Notes: generated by a model from the letters alone, not told the origin. Positions 1 to 10,771 are shown, counted from the first letter of the stretch. The stretch: 64,000 nucleotides of DNA from an uncultured Actinomycetota bacterium (GCA_963779655.1 CAVZZD010000011.1:382-64381); one strand, 5' to 3'. Translations and numbers: made by a program.

Positions 1-452
1 GCGGAGTCGGTTACCGGGCAGTTGTTGAAGTCTGATCGCACCACTGAGTTTCGCCACTCGTCACGCGGGTGTAAGCGGCATATTCGTTTAGATGGTTTCG
101 CAGCCCGGCATGCGGTCGGCAATCCCCGGCAGCTAGGCGCCGTTCCGCCCGTGCGATACAACGTGTTTCGTGGCCGTCACTGCTGGCGTGCGGCGGCCAG
201 TCGGATGAAGTTGCGGAATTCGATCCTGTACTGCTCGGCGTCCTCTTCTGGGACTGCTGGACAAACGGACCCAGTAGCCGAAGCAACCCCGTACCCGAGA
301 ATCACACGATGTCGAATCCGCGGACCCCGGCGGATGCCCGAATACTGCGCGGTCTGAAACAGCGGTTCTTGGCCGGGCAGGATTGCCTACTTTCGAATGG
401 ACCTGACTCGTCGCGGGGCCTTGACCCCATGTAGTGGACACGGGATTCGTGG

Positions 453-1352
453 TTATGCGGCTTCGGGCAGCGTAGCGGGTGTCAGGGTCCTTTCGTAGGC
501 GGCGGGGCTGGAATGACGGCAGTGGGAGTGGCGCCGTTTGGTGTTGTAGCGGGCCAGCCATCGGAAGACCTCGCGGCGGCAGGTCGTCTCGTCGGCCCAG
601 CTGCTACGGTCCTGCAAAACTTCGCGTTTGAGTGCGGCGTTGAACGACTCGGCCAGCGCGTTATCGGCACTCGTTCCGACCGCTCCCATGGATTGGGCGA
701 CCTCCAGTTCTTTGCAGAGTTGCGCGAAATCCTTTGAGGTGTACTGACTTCCGTGATCTGCATGGAATATTGCACCGGCCAACCCGCCCCGCAGCGCGTC
801 GGCCGCCTTGAGAGCGTCAGCGACCAACTCGGTGCGCATATGCTCAGCGATCGCCCACCCGGTGACCCGTCGTGAGCAGCAGTCGATCACCGTCGCCAGA
901 TACAGATTCGAGCCGGTGGCCAGCGGCAGGTACGTGATATCCCCGACATAACGGGTGTTGACCTGCTCAGCGGTGAAATCCCGCTTGAGCAGATCAGGGA
1001 CCTTCTGATTGGCCGGATCAGGCACCGTGGTCTTGACCCGGCGCCGACGCCGGTAGCCGGCGATCCCGACCGCGCGCATCACCCGGGCCACCCGCTTGTG
1101 GTTGACCCGCTCGGCGTCGGGCACACCGTCGTTGAGCTCAGCGGTGATCCGCGGCGCACCGTAGGTGTTGTCCTCGGTGTGCACGACGCGGATCCGCCCT
1201 GCCAGCACCTCGTCAGCGGCAGCGCGGGCATCCCTGCCACCTGCAGCTGCCCACCAGGCGTAGAACGACGAACGCGCGATCTCCAGGACCGCACACAGCC
1301 ACTTCACCTCAAAGGTGTCTCGGTGGTCGGCAACGAACTGGAAGCGGCTCAC
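453..1352 (-). CDS. IS3 transposase OrfB (DDE integrase core)
   Basis: YGAPRI, GDITY, HADHGSQY, DNALAESFN motifs; GTG start overlaps the orfA stop (GTGA). Confidence 0.92.
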   Translation of the reverse strand: MSRFQFVADHRDTFEVKWLCAVLEIARSSFYAWWAAAGGRDARAAADEVLAGRIRVVHTEDNTYGAPRITAELNDGVPDAERVNHKRVARVMRAVGIAGYRRRRRVKTTVPDPANQKVPDLLKRDFTAEQVNTRYVGDITYLPLATGSNLYLATVIDCCSRRVTGWAIAEHMRTELVADALKAADALRGGLAGAIFHADHGSQYTSKDFAQLCKELEVAQSMGAVGTSADNALAESFNAALKREVLQDRSSWADETTCRREVFRWLARYNTKRRHSHCRHSSPAAYERTLTPATLPEAA

Positions 1353-1681
1353 CAGTTCGTCTCCCCGGCGAAATACTTGGCCGCCGAACGAAGAATGTCG
1401 CGCTCGGTGGCCAGCTTGGTCTTCTCGGCACGCAGCTCGCAGACCTCCGCCTGCAACCGGGTCAGCTTCTGCTCCACAGTCTCCGCACCGGGTGCTGAGA
1501 CAGGCCCGGATCCAGGCTTGCGGTGCCGGATCGCCACCCCGGCGGCCTTGCACCACGTCGACAACGTCGCCTCGCTGACACCGAGCTCAGCGGCGATCAC
1601 GGTGATCGTCGCGCCCTCGGTATCCCGATACAGCGCAACCGCGTCACGCTTGAACTCATCTGGATAATTTTTCCTTGCCAT
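1349..1681 (-). CDS. IS3 transposase OrfA (HTH)
   Basis: MARKNYPDEFKRDAVALY...IAAELGVS...ERDILRSAAKYF, typical OrfA. Confidence 0.92.
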   Translation of the reverse strand: MARKNYPDEFKRDAVALYRDTEGATITVIAAELGVSEATLSTWCKAAGVAIRHRKPGSGPVSAPGAETVEQKLTRLQAEVCELRAEKTKLATERDILRSAAKYFAGETNW

Positions 1682-1868
1682 CGGGTTGGATCATCTCGCT
1701 TCCCCCAGAGCATTCCTGGGATTGAGCGTGTCCAACACACGGGGGTAAGGCCCGGGTGGATTGCGTCGGCCGGTGATTCGACGGCGGATGGTACCGAGAT
1801 CGGGGCCTTCCGTGTAGAAGAGGACGTCATAGTTCATCAGGTCCGATCACCAAGTTGCGCCATGCGGT

Positions 1869-2156
1869 TCAGTTCTTGAGTTCGACCTCGACGAAAACGA
1901 TCCCGTCGGCGTCGGCAGTCACTGTATGGGCGAGGCCGGCTTGACCGGTGTAGGGCGAACCCGCGACCTGGGTGATCATGCGCGCGGAGCCGTCGGTTGT
2001 CGACACGGCCGTCAGCGTCCCCCCGGTGATCGGCACCAGCACATAGTCGTATTCGTGCACGTGCGCACCCGTGCTATCGCCTGCCTTCTCGAACGACCAG
2101 GTCGTGACGCGCACCCGCTCGTCGTCAATCGTTGTCTCGCTGCGCGCATCTGCCAT
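1869..2156 (-). CDS. small cupin-domain protein
   Basis: DDERVRVTTW...HVHEYDYV...AGLAHTV...FVEVELK cupin pattern. Confidence 0.8.
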   Translation of the reverse strand: MADARSETTIDDERVRVTTWSFEKAGDSTGAHVHEYDYVLVPITGGTLTAVSTTDGSARMITQVAGSPYTGQAGLAHTVTADADGIVFVEVELKN

Positions 2157-2320
2157 GGCGTTCTCATCTTCGTCGGGTGATGGTGAGTCAAGCTTGGCAC
2201 TCGTCCTCGGGGTCGGTGTCGACATTGCCCTCCATTGGCGGGCGCCGGACCGCCGCACGCCGCAAGCTCCTGCCCGCTCTTCACTTGAGCACCTCAGAAT
2301 CACGCCGTTCGGGTCAGCGG

Positions 2321-3004
2321 TTACCACCGCGCAGCTACGTTGGTAGCGATCTGTTCGGCAATCTTCAACGCCGAGTCGGCGGGGTTAGCGCTGCACGTGT
2401 TGATGTCGACAATCACATTGTTCGCGAGCGCCAGCGCGCGTCCACAGCCCCAGCCGGAGGCACCGGCATTCTGTTGAGTCACGGTGGTACTCAGTGTGCC
2501 GTTCGCGTTGGAGATCTGCCCGACGGACCACTGCGACTCGCTCTGCGTATGGGCGTACTGGCGGCAGGCCGGCCACTGCTGGGCGGAGGCATCGAAGAAG
2601 GCGCCAGCTTTTTCCGCGATAGGAAATAACACCACTGCCTGCTTGAGATAGTGCGTGAAGTTGTCGCCGTCGTTGAGGCTCTGATCGTGCTCGGCCCAAA
2701 AGCCACTGTTGGCATAGACCGGGGCCTCCGCCGCGCCGTCGATGGCGAGGCACTCCGGAGGCGTCATGGTGGCGCTGTTGTCAGACATCGAGGTCTGGGT
2801 ATTTGTGACCGCCATTCCGGTCGCGCCCATAGCTGCGTTCACCTGTTCGGGGCTGAGTAGCAACCCGGCCAGCTCACGCTCAACAAGAGGACGCGGAATC
2901 ATCGATCGGGTGGTCGTCGGCGACTCGGCGTTGCCTATTGTGCTGGCGCACCCGGCGATCAGAACGCAGGCTGCAACAGCAAGTGCGGCCGTTGGTTGGC
3001 GCAT
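2321..3004 (-). CDS. PknH-like sensor-domain lipoprotein (LppH family)
   Basis: Lipobox LIAGC; LLLSPEQVNAAMG, QAVVLF, CGRALALANNVIVDINTC. Confidence 0.85.
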   Translation of the reverse strand: MRQPTAALAVAACVLIAGCASTIGNAESPTTTRSMIPRPLVERELAGLLLSPEQVNAAMGATGMAVTNTQTSMSDNSATMTPPECLAIDGAAEAPVYANSGFWAEHDQSLNDGDNFTHYLKQAVVLFPIAEKAGAFFDASAQQWPACRQYAHTQSESQWSVGQISNANGTLSTTVTQQNAGASGWGCGRALALANNVIVDINTCSANPADSALKIAEQIATNVAARW

Positions 3005-3117
3005 GTGTTCCTTCCCATTCCAGCCGTGCCGAACCGATCAGCGTGGCGCGATGTTCCCCCACAACGCGGCACGTGAACACTTATGGTGCGGTAATGCCGC
3101 CGACGCCTACGTGCATT

Positions 3118-3163
3118 TGAACGGTGTTTCTTGGTAACGATGAACGGCGTTTCTTGATAACGA
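3118..3163. repeat. 23-bp tandem direct repeat (2 copies)
   Basis: TGAACGGTGTTTCTTGGTAACGA / TGAACGGCGTTTCTTGATAACGA, 2 mismatches. Confidence 0.85.
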
Positions 3164-3411
3164 TCGGTGGGTCGAGCACAGCTCTGAGCGGTTTACGCTC
3201 CATTTATCAGTCAGTCAACGGCCAGCGCAATTACCGCAATTATGAGGAAGAGCATGCGCAGGATGAACAACACGATGGCCCCCCGCCCACCGGAAGGCCG
3301 CCCCCGTCGTCCAACGTTTGCAGATCCTGGGATGCCGCGTCGATGGTGTTTCCGTGCGCCCGAAATGCCTCCATCACCTCAGTGAAAATCTGTCCGGGCA
3401 CTGTCGCGCTC

Positions 3412-3600
3412 GTCCATGCACTGCCGGAACGACTGCTGGTACGGCGAGTGTTCGTCGAGCGTGCGCTCGTCGCTGACCGAACGGATACGCGACCGCGGCG
3501 GTGAGCAGCGGCGCGAACGTGTCGAGCTCGTCGCCGGTCAGCAGGTCGTCGACCACGACGAAGCCGTTGGTGCGGAACGCTTCGATCTGTTCGCCGGCAC
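3412..3600 (-). pseudogene. phytanoyl-CoA dioxygenase (PhyH) family N-terminal fragment
   Basis: EQIEAFRTNGFVVVDDLL, then after a frameshift HSPYQQSFRQCM; truncated. Confidence 0.6.
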
Positions 3601-3608
3601 TACTTCGC

Positions 3609-4427
3609 TTATCGTCCCGTTTTCTCGATGAACGCGATCAATGCGTCGTTGTAGAGGTCGGGCCGCTCGAAGTACGTCGAGTGGCCCGCGCCGGCGATCT
3701 CGACGATAGACGCGTTGGCGAGGCGCTGCGCGCTGTCGATGACCAGGTGCGGCGGAAACAGGTCGTCGTCGGTGCTGGTGATCACGAGGACGGGAACGCC
3801 GGTGGCGTCGAGGTCTTGGTGCGCGACCACGTCGCCGGGCAGGGCGGCGCCGACCGCGGCCATCGGGGGCGTGTGGAAGGTGTTCAGCTGTTGGTAGAGG
3901 AAGGCGCGGGCGGGGTCGCGTTCCACGAAGGTGGGGGAGATGGCCGGGTGCGCGCCGATGCGCTGTGCGGCGCCGAAGTTCGCGGCCGCCTTGGTCGTCC
4001 ACTCGCGGAAGTACTCGAGGAGCGCAGTCGTCCAGAGCCCGCCGACAGTGTTCGACAGTGTGAGCGAGTGCGTGCGCGCCGGATGGGCGACCGTGAAGGC
4101 GGTCACCCACCAGCCGCCCATGGACTGGCCGACGAGGTGCGCGCCCGGTGTGCCCGTCGCATCGAGAACTGCGGCCATGTCGGCGACCGCCGCCGCGCTG
4201 CCGTGCACGCCGGAGGTGAACGTCGAGTTGCCGAAGCCGCGGCAGTCCCACGTGATCACCCGGAATCCGTTGGCTGCCAGCGTCGGCACCTGCTGGAACC
4301 ACGCAGCATGCGTGCCGCCGGCGCCGTGCGTGAGCATGATTGCGGGCAGATCGTCGTCGCCGCTGACTTCGTAATAGATCTCTTCGCCGCCGCACGCGAC
4401 GGTCCCGGTCTGCCAGCGCGCAGTCAT
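3609..4427 (-). CDS. alpha/beta fold hydrolase
   Basis: HGAGG oxyanion motif, GQSMGG nucleophile elbow, GAGHS catalytic His. Confidence 0.9.
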   Translation of the reverse strand: MTARWQTGTVACGGEEIYYEVSGDDDLPAIMLTHGAGGTHAAWFQQVPTLAANGFRVITWDCRGFGNSTFTSGVHGSAAAVADMAAVLDATGTPGAHLVGQSMGGWWVTAFTVAHPARTHSLTLSNTVGGLWTTALLEYFREWTTKAAANFGAAQRIGAHPAISPTFVERDPARAFLYQQLNTFHTPPMAAVGAALPGDVVAHQDLDATGVPVLVITSTDDDLFPPHLVIDSAQRLANASIVEIAGAGHSTYFERPDLYNDALIAFIEKTGR

Positions 4428-4609
4428 CGGGCTGCCATGACGGTGTTGGCGACCATCTCGTCTCCCCAGAGTGCGAGTGCGTTGTCGTGGGTGAAGGCCT
4501 CGACGTCGTCTGCCGTAACGTGCCCGCGCTCGACGAGCTCCCACCTCGGGGAGGACTGCGCACGCATCGGGCACGTCCCAGTGTCCCAGGTCCGACGCCA
4601 ACATGGCAC
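4424..4609 (-). pseudogene. amidohydrolase family C-terminal fragment
   Basis: ASDLGHWDVPD...WELVERGHVTADDVEAFTHDNALAL across a frameshift. Confidence 0.6.
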
Positions 4610-4774
4610 GGAGCCCCGTGCCGGCTTAGTCCGGCCATGCCGTCCGCTAGCGGATCGCCGAGCTGCGCCGCGCCAAGGTATTGAAGGCAGCGCGCGTTCT
4701 TCGCGACAATCCGTTAGCTGTCGGACGCAACCAGTCGGGGTCGCGGGCGCTTCGGCGTCATCTTGGTGTCTGCC

Positions 4775-5198
4775 CTAAGGTCGTCGATCAGCGCCTCGGC
4801 GTAGGCGACCAAACCAGCGGTGTCGATGGTGTAGGGCACCGGGTGCTCGTTGTGGGCAAGTTTTGCCGATGCGCGGCGAAGTAGCGTGAGCGCACCCTTG
4901 ACGTTGCCCCTCGCTGAACGTGGGTGATGCCGACAGCGAGCTGGGCCAGGCCTTGCCACAGCATCCGCTCATCGGCGGGGCCGTTTTTCCGTGCGGCCTC
5001 CAACACCCCGTGCGCGTTGAATGCCAGGGCCCCGGTCCAGCAAGTCCTGGGCATAGGCGAGGGTTTCGGCTGGGGGCAACTCGAGGTCATCCGGGATGCG
5101 TGCAACACCCACACTGCCCGGCGGAAGTGGCCGACCAAGGGCTCGCGCGGGCGGGCGCTTCGAGCCCGGCCGGATTCGTCGCGATCACGCTCAGCCAT
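4775..5198 (-). pseudogene. DUF309 family protein, frameshifted
   Basis: MAERDRDESGRARSARPR...AFNAHGVLE...LWQGLAQLAVGITHVQRG(N), split over frames. Confidence 0.7.
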
Positions 5199-5348
5199 AT
5201 GCCCATCATGGCCAGGTCACCCCGATCGCGCAGCTGCTATGTTTCCCGGCGTACCTATCAGTTTCACTCGCCGGACGGCCAGCACCGCGGGGGCGGTCGA
5301 GCCATCCGGGGCCGAGGCCGACGGTCGACTGGCACGCTGGATCGTGTG

Positions 5349-5510
5349 ATGCAGATCGGCGTCGTCTTCCCCCGGAACGAGTTCGGTGGCGATGTTGGAG
5401 CCGTGGGCGCCTACGCCCAGGGTGTTGTGCAGCTCGGCTACCCCCATCTGCTCGCCTTCGACCATTTGGTCGGTGCCGACCCCGCGGTCCACAAGGGTCG
5501 GGCCGGGCCA
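5349..5510 (+). pseudogene. LLM-class F420-dependent oxidoreductase N-terminal fragment
   Basis: MQIGVVFPRNEFGGD...LGYPHLLAFDHLVGAD, then similarity ends. Confidence 0.65.
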
Positions 5511-5749
5511 CGCTCCGCTGACTCTTCCCCGCTGATCACCGCCGAGGATTCCTCAAGCCGATCGAAACGTTCCTTCCGCGGCCTTGACCGCGGGTCGTGT
5601 CGAGATAGCCGCGCCAGCGGGCCGGCACGAACGGCGTCGCGACCGTCGTGGTGGCCTGCATCGGCACCGTTGTCCGTCCGGCGCTGTTCAGCTCGCGCAG
5701 CACCTGCACCGTCTCGGGGGAGTGGGCGGTTGTTCGACACGCTTAAGTT

Positions 5750-6772
5750 GTGGGCGTGACAGCTCGCGCCGTCCTGGTTACCCCAATGTCGGGGCCGCTG
5801 GCCAGATTCGGGAAAGCAGGGGCGAACGCCCTCGCTATCTGGGCCGAGCGTTCCGCGGTAACTCTGGAGGTCATCGACGCTTACCCCTCCGCGGCGTCCG
5901 CGATAGGGGCCGCAGAGGCTAGCCGGCCCGACGTGGTGTTCGGGCCCTACGGTTCGGGGCCGGCGCTGGCGGCCGCGGCCGCCAGCAAAGGGGTCATCTG
6001 GAACCAGGGTGGCGCCACCGCCCGGCTGGCGCGCCCGGCGTATCCGCGTGTCGTCAACGTGGAGTCTCCCGCGTACCGCTATCTGGCCGCGGTGCTCGAA
6101 ACCCTTGCCGCCGCCGGTCTTGGTGAGGGGTCGGAAGTGGTAATCATGCACGTCGACACGGGGTTCGGCCGCGAGGTGGCTGAAGGGGCGGCGGTGGCGG
6201 CCCGGCGACTCGGTCTCTTGCGGCGGTCGGTCACTTTTCGGCCGGGCCGGGCCAGAGACGTGCTGGCGCAAGTCCCAGCGGGCGATGTGCTGTTATCGGC
6301 CGGTTCCTTCGACGATGACGTCGCCATCGCGCAGTGGGTCAGCGAACGTCGTTGGCGCGCAGTTGGAATGGTCGCCGCCGGAGTCGATGAGCTCCGCAGC
6401 GCCATCGGTGATCGCGTTGAGGGGCTGTACGGACCGTGCCAGTGGTTCAACGACGGGACAGATGATCCCGCGGTCGGACCCAACAGCGAGTGGTTCACCC
6501 ACTGTTACCGGGACGCGAACGGTACGGAGCCGCCCTACCCGGCTGCTGCGGCCTTCGCCGCGGGTGTCGTTTGGCAGCGCTGCGTGAAGGAGGCCGGAAC
6601 TGTTGAATCCTTGCCCGTGCGGGCCGCGTCACAGCGACTCGACACCACCACCTTGTTCGGTCGGTTTCGTGTCGACCCAGTCACCGGTGTGCAAACCGGC
6701 CATCAGATGAGAGTCGTTCAGTGGCGAGACGGACAGCGGGTGCTGGTTGATCGGCCGCTTCATCGGACATGA
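5750..6772 (+). CDS. ABC-type (branched-chain/LivJ-like) substrate-binding protein
   Basis: PMSGPLARFG, VFGPYGSG, TTLFGRFRVDP..GVQ..VVQW. Confidence 0.8.
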   Translation: MGVTARAVLVTPMSGPLARFGKAGANALAIWAERSAVTLEVIDAYPSAASAIGAAEASRPDVVFGPYGSGPALAAAAASKGVIWNQGGATARLARPAYPRVVNVESPAYRYLAAVLETLAAAGLGEGSEVVIMHVDTGFGREVAEGAAVAARRLGLLRRSVTFRPGRARDVLAQVPAGDVLLSAGSFDDDVAIAQWVSERRWRAVGMVAAGVDELRSAIGDRVEGLYGPCQWFNDGTDDPAVGPNSEWFTHCYRDANGTEPPYPAAAAFAAGVVWQRCVKEAGTVESLPVRAASQRLDTTTLFGRFRVDPVTGVQTGHQMRVVQWRDGQRVLVDRPLHRT

Positions 6773-6935
6773 GTGTCGAAGTCACATCACCTCGTGCATG
6801 GGTCGGCGTGTCGGCGTACAGCACTGAGCTCTTGTGCCGCGTCGTAATCGGGGAACGAGTGTCATGCGGCGCTGGCCGGTTTGCTTCGGGCGTCGAGCAG
6901 TAGGTCGTCTAGGCGCAGCGCGGCCGCGGTGGTGC

Positions 6936-7270
6936 TCAGCCTGAGGGTAGGAGTGCTGCGTCGAAGAAAGCCAGCTCAAGGTGCATCGCCCGCCGGTAGG
7001 CCGCGCGCTCAGCGGGCCTGTCGTCTGCCTGTTCGTCGAGCAGTCGTTCCAGCCGGGTGGCCGATACCTCAAAATTCGGGTCAGCGTAGGTCTGCACCCA
7101 CTGCGCGTACGGTCCCGCCGCGCCCGCGTCGAGTGCCGCGCCAAGCCATGCGTAGAGCCGCATGCACGGAGCCAGGCCGCGAACACCGTGCCCAACCCGG
7201 CCGTAGCGGCGGTCGCAAGCAGGAACTCGGTGTAGGCCAGGGTCGCCGATGCAGGCTCGACGCCCGCCAT
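6936..7270 (-). pseudogene. TenA (thiaminase II) family C-terminal fragment
   Basis: ATLAYTEFLL..PCMRLYAWLG..PYAQWVQTY..AMHLELAFF; frameshifted, no N-terminus. Confidence 0.75.
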
Positions 7271-7339
7271 GTCGATCGGCTAACGAACAAAGGTCGGCGT
7301 CGGAGCAGGCAACGCCGAACCTCGGCCCCACCCGGCTGT

Positions 7340-7460
7340 GATCAGACGCGCTCCCCGATCCCGCGGCCGATCTCGGCGGCGGCCCGCTCGGCGTCCGAAT
7401 CGACGAGCAGGTTGAGGAACCCGTGCGGGAGGTTCGGGAACCGCTGCCGCGGACGGCCAG
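7340..7460 (-). pseudogene. HSL-type esterase/lipase C-terminal fragment
   Basis: RFPNLPHGFLNL...AERAAAEIG read by hand on the minus strand. Confidence 0.4.
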
Positions 7461-7719
7461 GGGAGGACCGCAACACGCCGTGTTGCGGTCGTCGTTTTAT
7501 TCACCGCCAATGACTGGGAATCGACCGGAATCGCTAGGTTCTCACTGGGGCTTGGAGACGGTCAATCGGTTGTCGCGCAGGCAAAAACGGGCACGAACCA
7601 GGGAGTCAGGACGCACGGTTTGGTAATCCGCTGTTCGGCGGGTCGGTTTGCATCAAGAACGTCGGGACGAAGATTGCCGTGACGATAGGGGCGAATGACG
7701 ACAACAGCAGCGGCTCAAC

Positions 7720-8235
7720 TCACGTTTGAAGGGCGTCATCGGGCTTATGGGTTGGGATCTCGGCGCGAACCCCCGCACCGTCGTGACGTAGCACGGCGCC
7801 ACAGCGGCGCAGCACCCCAAGTGCCGCGGTGTTGTGGTAGGTGGTCTTGGCCACGACGCGGCGGCTTCCAGCACGCGCCGCCTCGGCGAGCAGTAACCGC
7901 AGGGCGGCCACGCCGATCCCCTGACCTCGGGCTGACTGCCCGACCCACATCCCGGTCTCCATGGTGTCCGGCTCATCCCGGCGAGCCATCCTGATCATGC
8001 CGACGACGTCGCCGTCACAGATGATTGCGTACATCAGTGTGCGCGTCGGCCCGTCCAGCCCGCCGTAGCTGGACCGGTAAAACTCACGAAAGGCTTCCCG
8101 GCACACCTGCGACCAGCCCGCTGGCGCCTTGACCGGCGGCATCACCTCGTGCGGTTCGGTCTCGGCGATCGCCACAGACAACAGCGGCTCGAGGGTCTGC
8201 TCGTCAACCGGCGTCAGCCGCACATCGCCCGCCAC
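7720..8235 (-). CDS. GNAT family N-acetyltransferase
   Basis: ETGMWVGQSARGQGIG acetyl-CoA motif; NTAALGVLRRCG; start uncertain. Confidence 0.85.
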   Translation of the reverse strand: MAGDVRLTPVDEQTLEPLLSVAIAETEPHEVMPPVKAPAGWSQVCREAFREFYRSSYGGLDGPTRTLMYAIICDGDVVGMIRMARRDEPDTMETGMWVGQSARGQGIGVAALRLLLAEAARAGSRRVVAKTTYHNTAALGVLRRCGAVLRHDGAGVRAEIPTHKPDDALQT

Positions 8236-8303
8236 GAGGCGCAGTGTGCTCTGAATCCGCGACCGCGTCCAGCCGTATCGCCCGGGCGGTCGTCCCGGCA
8301 TTT

Positions 8304-8652
8304 TGTCAGCACGCGTCCTCTTGAACGATCACCGAAGCCGACATCGTCGGCACCTCCGACAGCTGGGTACGGATCGCATCCTCGAACCCATCCACCGCCG
8401 ACCCCGCAGGCTTGCGCTCATACTTCGGCGGCCCGTCAGAGGCCAACGCCGCCCGCACGGTGTTGCGGGCGATCCCCAACGTCCTGGCGATCAACTTGAT
8501 GGGTAATCCCTCCGCTCGATGCAGCCTGCGGATCTCAGCCCCCTCCGCTGACAACAACTCGCTTCTCCTCTCGGCTCGTAAGCCGAGACTCAGACGAAGG
8601 GGGTCAGAACCCACCGCGTCGACACGGGGTCAGTTTTCAGACGACGCCGACA
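8304..8652 (-). mobile_element. IS21-family remnant (left end + truncated istA)
   Basis: End TGTCGGCGTCGTCTGAAAACTGACCCC with internal TGACCC repeats; AEIRRLHRAEGLPIKLIARTLGIARNTVR HTH, truncated. Confidence 0.8.
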
Positions 8653-8758
8653 ATGCGCGCGCTTTGCGCGATTTCGCCGATGTTGTTGAGCGTTGCGCAC
8701 CTTTGCGCATATCGCCGCTCACCCATCAAATCTTGGCGCGATACAGAATGATCTAGCC

Positions 8759-9145
8759 ATGCCGAGCTTTACGGGAATGTCCGAGACGGAGGCGAAAGCG
8801 TTCGCCGATCGTTGGCTGCCCGCGTGGACCGGCAACGATCCCGAAGGCCTAGTCACCTTCTATTCCAACGACGCGGTCTACTCCGATCCGGCTGTCCCAA
8901 ATGGCGTGCGGGGCCACGACGAGATCCTTGGGTACTTTCACCGTCTGCTGGCCCGCTACCCGGACTGGGTGTGGACGAACACGCGGGTGCGACCACTTAG
9001 CGGAGGATTCCTGAACTACTGGCACGCCGTGATCCCCGACGGCGCGCGGGTCGTCGAGTGCGACGGCGTGTGCACGGTCACCGTCGAGGACGGCCTGATC
9101 ACTCGCAACGAGGTCTTCTTCGACCGGACACCACTGTTGCACTAG
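8759..9145 (+). CDS. NTF2/SnoaL-like protein
   Basis: AWTGNDPEGLVTFYSNDAVYSDP...GLITRNEVFFD. Confidence 0.85.
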   Translation: MPSFTGMSETEAKAFADRWLPAWTGNDPEGLVTFYSNDAVYSDPAVPNGVRGHDEILGYFHRLLARYPDWVWTNTRVRPLSGGFLNYWHAVIPDGARVVECDGVCTVTVEDGLITRNEVFFDRTPLLH

Positions 9146-9559
9146 CTGGTCGAACGGCCATTTTCTGCAGCTGCCAACGGTATCGGCGCGCATGTGATCG
9201 CAAGGATCAGCGATACGACCAGCAGGGCCATTCGTCTAACCATGTCTGCTAACCCTCTCGGGCCAGTCGCGGCGTGGGTCGAGGTGGCCTGAGTTTCATT
9301 CTTATCGGGCCGTGGACCGGCTTGGCGGGGGCGCGGCCAAAGCCGTCTGCGTCGCCGTACCCGCCCTTAATTCCTGATCCGGGGCCAGTCGATGAGTACG
9401 GGCGTGTCCACCTCGATGGCATGTTCGGGCCGGTCTGCAAAAACGCCGGGGTCGTCTGTCTCCCATAACTTAAGCGGGCCGACACCGACCCCCTGGCGCC
9501 CCATCTCGTCCTCAACGGCTCGGGGTGTTGTCGGTGGACGTCACACAGGTTCCGTCGCC

Positions 9560-10771
9560 TCAGGCGATCGTGTAAACGTGCTCGGGGGTGATGACCTTGG
9601 TAATCGCGGTCGCCAGTGCCGAGCTTGGCTCGCTGCCCTGGTAGTGGATGTCGGTGTTGAGGAGGATCACCAGCGTCATTTGCTTCTCGGGCAGGTACAC
9701 CGCGACCGCCTCATAGCCGGGCACGCTGCCGTTGTGACCGATCCATCCGCCGAGATTGAAGATCCCCAGCCCGTATCCCTGACCTGGCGGCTGGCCGGGA
9801 GTGCTCCGTGTCTGCAGCCGTTGCGCCTGCATCGCAGGGCTGAGCAACTTGCCGGTCGCCAGCGCGGGCGCCCAGATGTGCATATCATCCAACGTTGAGA
9901 TCATCGCGCCTGCCGCCCATCCCCACGACGGGTTCCAGTCCGTTGCTGTGGTCTCCGCGCCGTCGGCGGTCGTGTTGGCATAGCCCTGCGCGTGCGGCTC
10001 TGGGAAGGCGTTTGTGGTGGGAAAACTCGTGTGGTCTAGGCTCAGCGGGGTCAGGATATGGTCCTTGATGTAGTCCGGAAGTGATTGCTCGCTGACCTTT
10101 TCCACTACCAGCCCCAACAAAACGGTGTTGGTGTTGGAGTACTCGAAGGCTTCGCCAGGTGGAAACGGCATGGGCGCGGCGAACGCGTAATCCAGCAATT
10201 CCTGCGGCGTGAAGTTGCGGTACGGGTCGGCGACGAATGCCTGTTGGAATCCCGGCGTCTTGGCGTAGTTCTCCAGTCCGCTTCGCATGCATGCCAGCTG
10301 TCGCAGCGTGATCTTGTCGCCCTGAGGGACACCGTCGATGTACTTGCCGGTCGGATCGTCGAGGCCGAGTTTGCCCTGCTCGGCGAGCTGCAGTATCGCG
10401 GTAACGGTGAACGTCTTTGTCATGCTGCCGATCCGGCTATAAAAATCGGCCTTCATGGGCGCGCTTGTGGCCTTGTTTGCGACTCCGACTGTCCGGACGT
10501 AGCGACCCTCGGGACCCCACAAACCGATGATCGCGCCGGGGATCGAGGCCGCAGTCATCGCCTGGTCGATGGCGGCATCAAGCCTCTGGGCGACGCCGCC
10601 ATCTATGTCCTGGGCTGCTTCGGCGCTTGTTGTGCCCGGTGTCGCCAGGGCCGATGATTCCGATGACGTCGAACCGCTCCCGCACCCGGATGCCGAAATG
10701 AGCAGCGCCACAGCTGCGATCCCGTGAAGTCGGCGCCGCCACTGTCTAATCGTCACAATCCATCTAGTCAT
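9560..10771 (-). CDS. serine hydrolase, beta-lactamase/D-Ala-D-Ala carboxypeptidase family lipoprotein
   Basis: SMTK, YSN and HNG motifs; lipobox-like ASGC. Confidence 0.9.
   Translation of the reverse strand: MTRWIVTIRQWRRRLHGIAAVALLISASGCGSGSTSSESSALATPGTTSAEAAQDIDGGVAQRLDAAIDQAMTAASIPGAIIGLWGPEGRYVRTVGVANKATSAPMKADFYSRIGSMTKTFTVTAILQLAEQGKLGLDDPTGKYIDGVPQGDKITLRQLACMRSGLENYAKTPGFQQAFVADPYRNFTPQELLDYAFAAPMPFPPGEAFEYSNTNTVLLGLVVEKVSEQSLPDYIKDHILTPLSLDHTSFPTTNAFPEPHAQGYANTTADGAETTATDWNPSWGWAAGAMISTLDDMHIWAPALATGKLLSPAMQAQRLQTRSTPGQPPGQGYGLGIFNLGGWIGHNGSVPGYEAVAVYLPEKQMTLVILLNTDIHYQGSEPSSALATAITKVITPEHVYTIA

Larger units (their letters stand above)
415..1754 (-). mobile_element. IS3-family insertion sequence
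   Basis: Imperfect terminal inverted repeats (GGGCCTTGACCCCATGTAGTGGACACG at ~416 vs reverse complement GGGCCTTACCCCCGTGTGTTGGACACG ending ~1753) enclose orfA/orfB; target duplication not evident. Confidence 0.9.

Noticed and set aside
9249-9515. Short ORFs between the SnoaL-like and serine hydrolase genes
   Set aside because: No family recognised; could be a gene tail but cannot be supported
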